DNA from: a virus
DNA: 64,000 bases
IMG/VR virus record: IMGVR_UViG_3300044808_000010
Location: 6,891-70,890 of that record
Strand: one strand, 5' to 3'
Translations under genes and position numbers: made by a program
The notes under the pieces: model-generated
The model's database searches: none
Seen by the model: only the letters and a program-made list of their open reading frames with translations
What the model was told of the DNA's origin: nothing
Shown: positions 62,702-64,000 of the stretch, one piece after another
How positions within the stretch are numbered: the stretch's first letter is position 1
How the letters are laid out: each line of letters begins with the position of its first letter

Positions 62702-64000
62702 ATGGAATACACCGGAACTTATTCGCCAGAGGACAACAAGCTTCGGCTTTATGCTGTCTCGCGGCTACCAAAAGACCTGTACGATCGCGCCAAGGCTGCG
62801 GGCTTCAAGTGGGCACCAAAGCAGGAGCTATTTGTTGCTCCAATGTGGACGCCTGAGCGCGAGGACTTTTTACTTGAACTCTGCGAAGAAATTGACGACG
62901 AGGACAAGAGTCTTGTGGATCGCGCCGAAGAGAGATCCGAACGCTTCGAGGACTATAGCGAGAACCGCAAAGAGGATGCAGAACAGGCGCACAAGGCCGT
63001 GAGCGCGATTGCGGACGGTATTCCCTTCGGTCAGCCGACCCTGGTCGGCCATCACTCGGAACGCCATGCCCGCCGTGATGCCAAGCGCATCGAGAACGGT
63101 ATGCGCCGCGCTGTCAAAATGTGGGAGCAGTCAGAGTATTGGATCGAACGGGCAAAGGGCGCGATCCGTCACGCGAAATATAAAGAACTGCCAGCGGTAA
63201 GAGCGCGACGAATTAAGGGGATCGAGGCCGATAAGCGCAAGCAGGAAAAGAATGTTGCTCAATTTGAACGGCAGCTTAAAGCGTGGGAGTCTATTGAGAC
63301 AATCGAACAGGGGCGGCTATTCGCTGGCAGGATGGAGGGCGGGAGTTTTACTTGTGCGCGGGGCGAAGGCGGGCAGCGATGGTCAGCCTATGACGTTTTG
63401 AGGCCGGAAGGCGAACGCTACAACGCTTGCCCGGGAATGACGCTGGAAGAGGTCAAGGAATGCGCGCGCCGGGCTTATCCTCGGGGCATTGCTCGAATGC
63501 AGCGATGGATCGAGCACTACGCAAACCGTCTAGCTTACGAACGTGCGATGCTCGCGGAATCAGGCGGCATTGCCACAGACAAGAAAGGCCCGGAGAAGGG
63601 TGGCGCGGTCAAGTGCTGGTGTACGCCTGGTTATGGGCGCGGCTGGTCTTACATTCAAAAAGTCAACAAGGTTTCGGTGACGGTTTGGGATAATTGGGGC
63701 AACCCGGCAGACCTTGAAGGCGGTCGCAATTTCACCCGCAACATACCATTCGACAAACTTAAGGCGGTTATGACCGCGGAAGAGGTTCAAGCGGCGCGTG
63801 ACGCTGGCGAACTCAACGAACTGCCAAGCAAGATCGGGTTCTATCTCAGTCAGCCAGTAGAAACACATGACGAAGCCAGTATGCGGGTGCATTTTGAGGC
63901 CGTGACCGCCGCTGGCGGATCTTGTGGGTGCAAAGAACATGCCGCCGCAGCCGCTAAGACACCAGAGCCGGAAGCCTACAAGCCAACGGGCAAAGACTTT
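62702..64000 (+). CDS. DUF3560-domain protein, 3'-truncated (not in ORF track)
   Basis: MEYTGTYSPEDNKLRLY...GFKWAPKQELFVAPMWTP...GIPFGQPTLVGHHSERHARRD; frame open to window end; RBS AAGGAG. Confidence 0.85.
   Translation, partial: MEYTGTYSPEDNKLRLYAVSRLPKDLYDRAKAAGFKWAPKQELFVAPMWTPEREDFLLELCEEIDDEDKSLVDRAEERSERFEDYSENRKEDAEQAHKAVSAIADGIPFGQPTLVGHHSERHARRDAKRIENGMRRAVKMWEQSEYWIERAKGAIRHAKYKELPAVRARRIKGIEADKRKQEKNVAQFERQLKAWESIETIEQGRLFAGRMEGGSFTCARGEGGQRWSAYDVLRPEGERYNACPGMTLEEVKECARRAYPRGIARMQRWIEHYANRLAYERAMLAESGGIATDKKGPEKGGAVKCWCTPGYGRGWSYIQKVNKVSVTVWDNWGNPADLEGGRNFTRNIPFDKLKAVMTAEEVQAARDAGELNELPSKIGFYLSQPVETHDEASMRVHFEAVTAAGGSCGCKEHAAAAAKTPEPEAYKPTGKDF

Noticed and set aside
1-64000. Integrated prophage with host flanks; host assignment
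   Set aside because: No integrase, att pair or host genes are visible. Lifestyle and host cannot be determined beyond a hint of a diderm host from the lysis-cluster lipoprotein.

Overview
This window is most of the genome of a tailed dsDNA bacteriophage, probably podovirus-like: I recognise no tape measure, tail tube or sheath, integrase, CRISPR array, rRNA or host housekeeping genes. Layout: (1) 1-11.8 kb, + strand, replication/recombination module (HNH, DnaB, RuvC-like, many small Cys-rich genes). (2) 11.8-54.6 kb, mostly - strand late block, read right to left: M15 endolysin, holin, lipoprotein, ejection proteins including a 2595-aa polyvalent protein, TerS, TerL, portal, scaffold, major capsid, tail and tailspike genes. 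(3) 54.9-56.8 kb, NinG-like gene and an odd DNA methyltransferase. (4) 56.8-59.8 kb, - strand RNase H and regulators. (5) A non-coding divergence region and a + strand early region ending in a DUF3560-type gene. The most striking signal is a palindrome, TCCCCC-(AT|GT|AC|AGT|ACT)-GGGGGA, found 17 times. Fifteen copies are inside genes, in different reading frames, and one lies directly over the leader of a candidate DNA-binding gene at 9387. This suggests a genome-wide operator or parS-like system. Other notable items: a circularly permuted tRNA-like element, a methyltransferase with four tandem SPP(Y/W) modules, a C-terminal Hint domain on a tail protein, tail proteins with Sec-type signal peptides, an overprinted small gene inside the giant protein, C4-like antisense leaders on HNH genes, and three related hairpins in the early region. 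All product calls come from motif recognition by eye; no searches were run.
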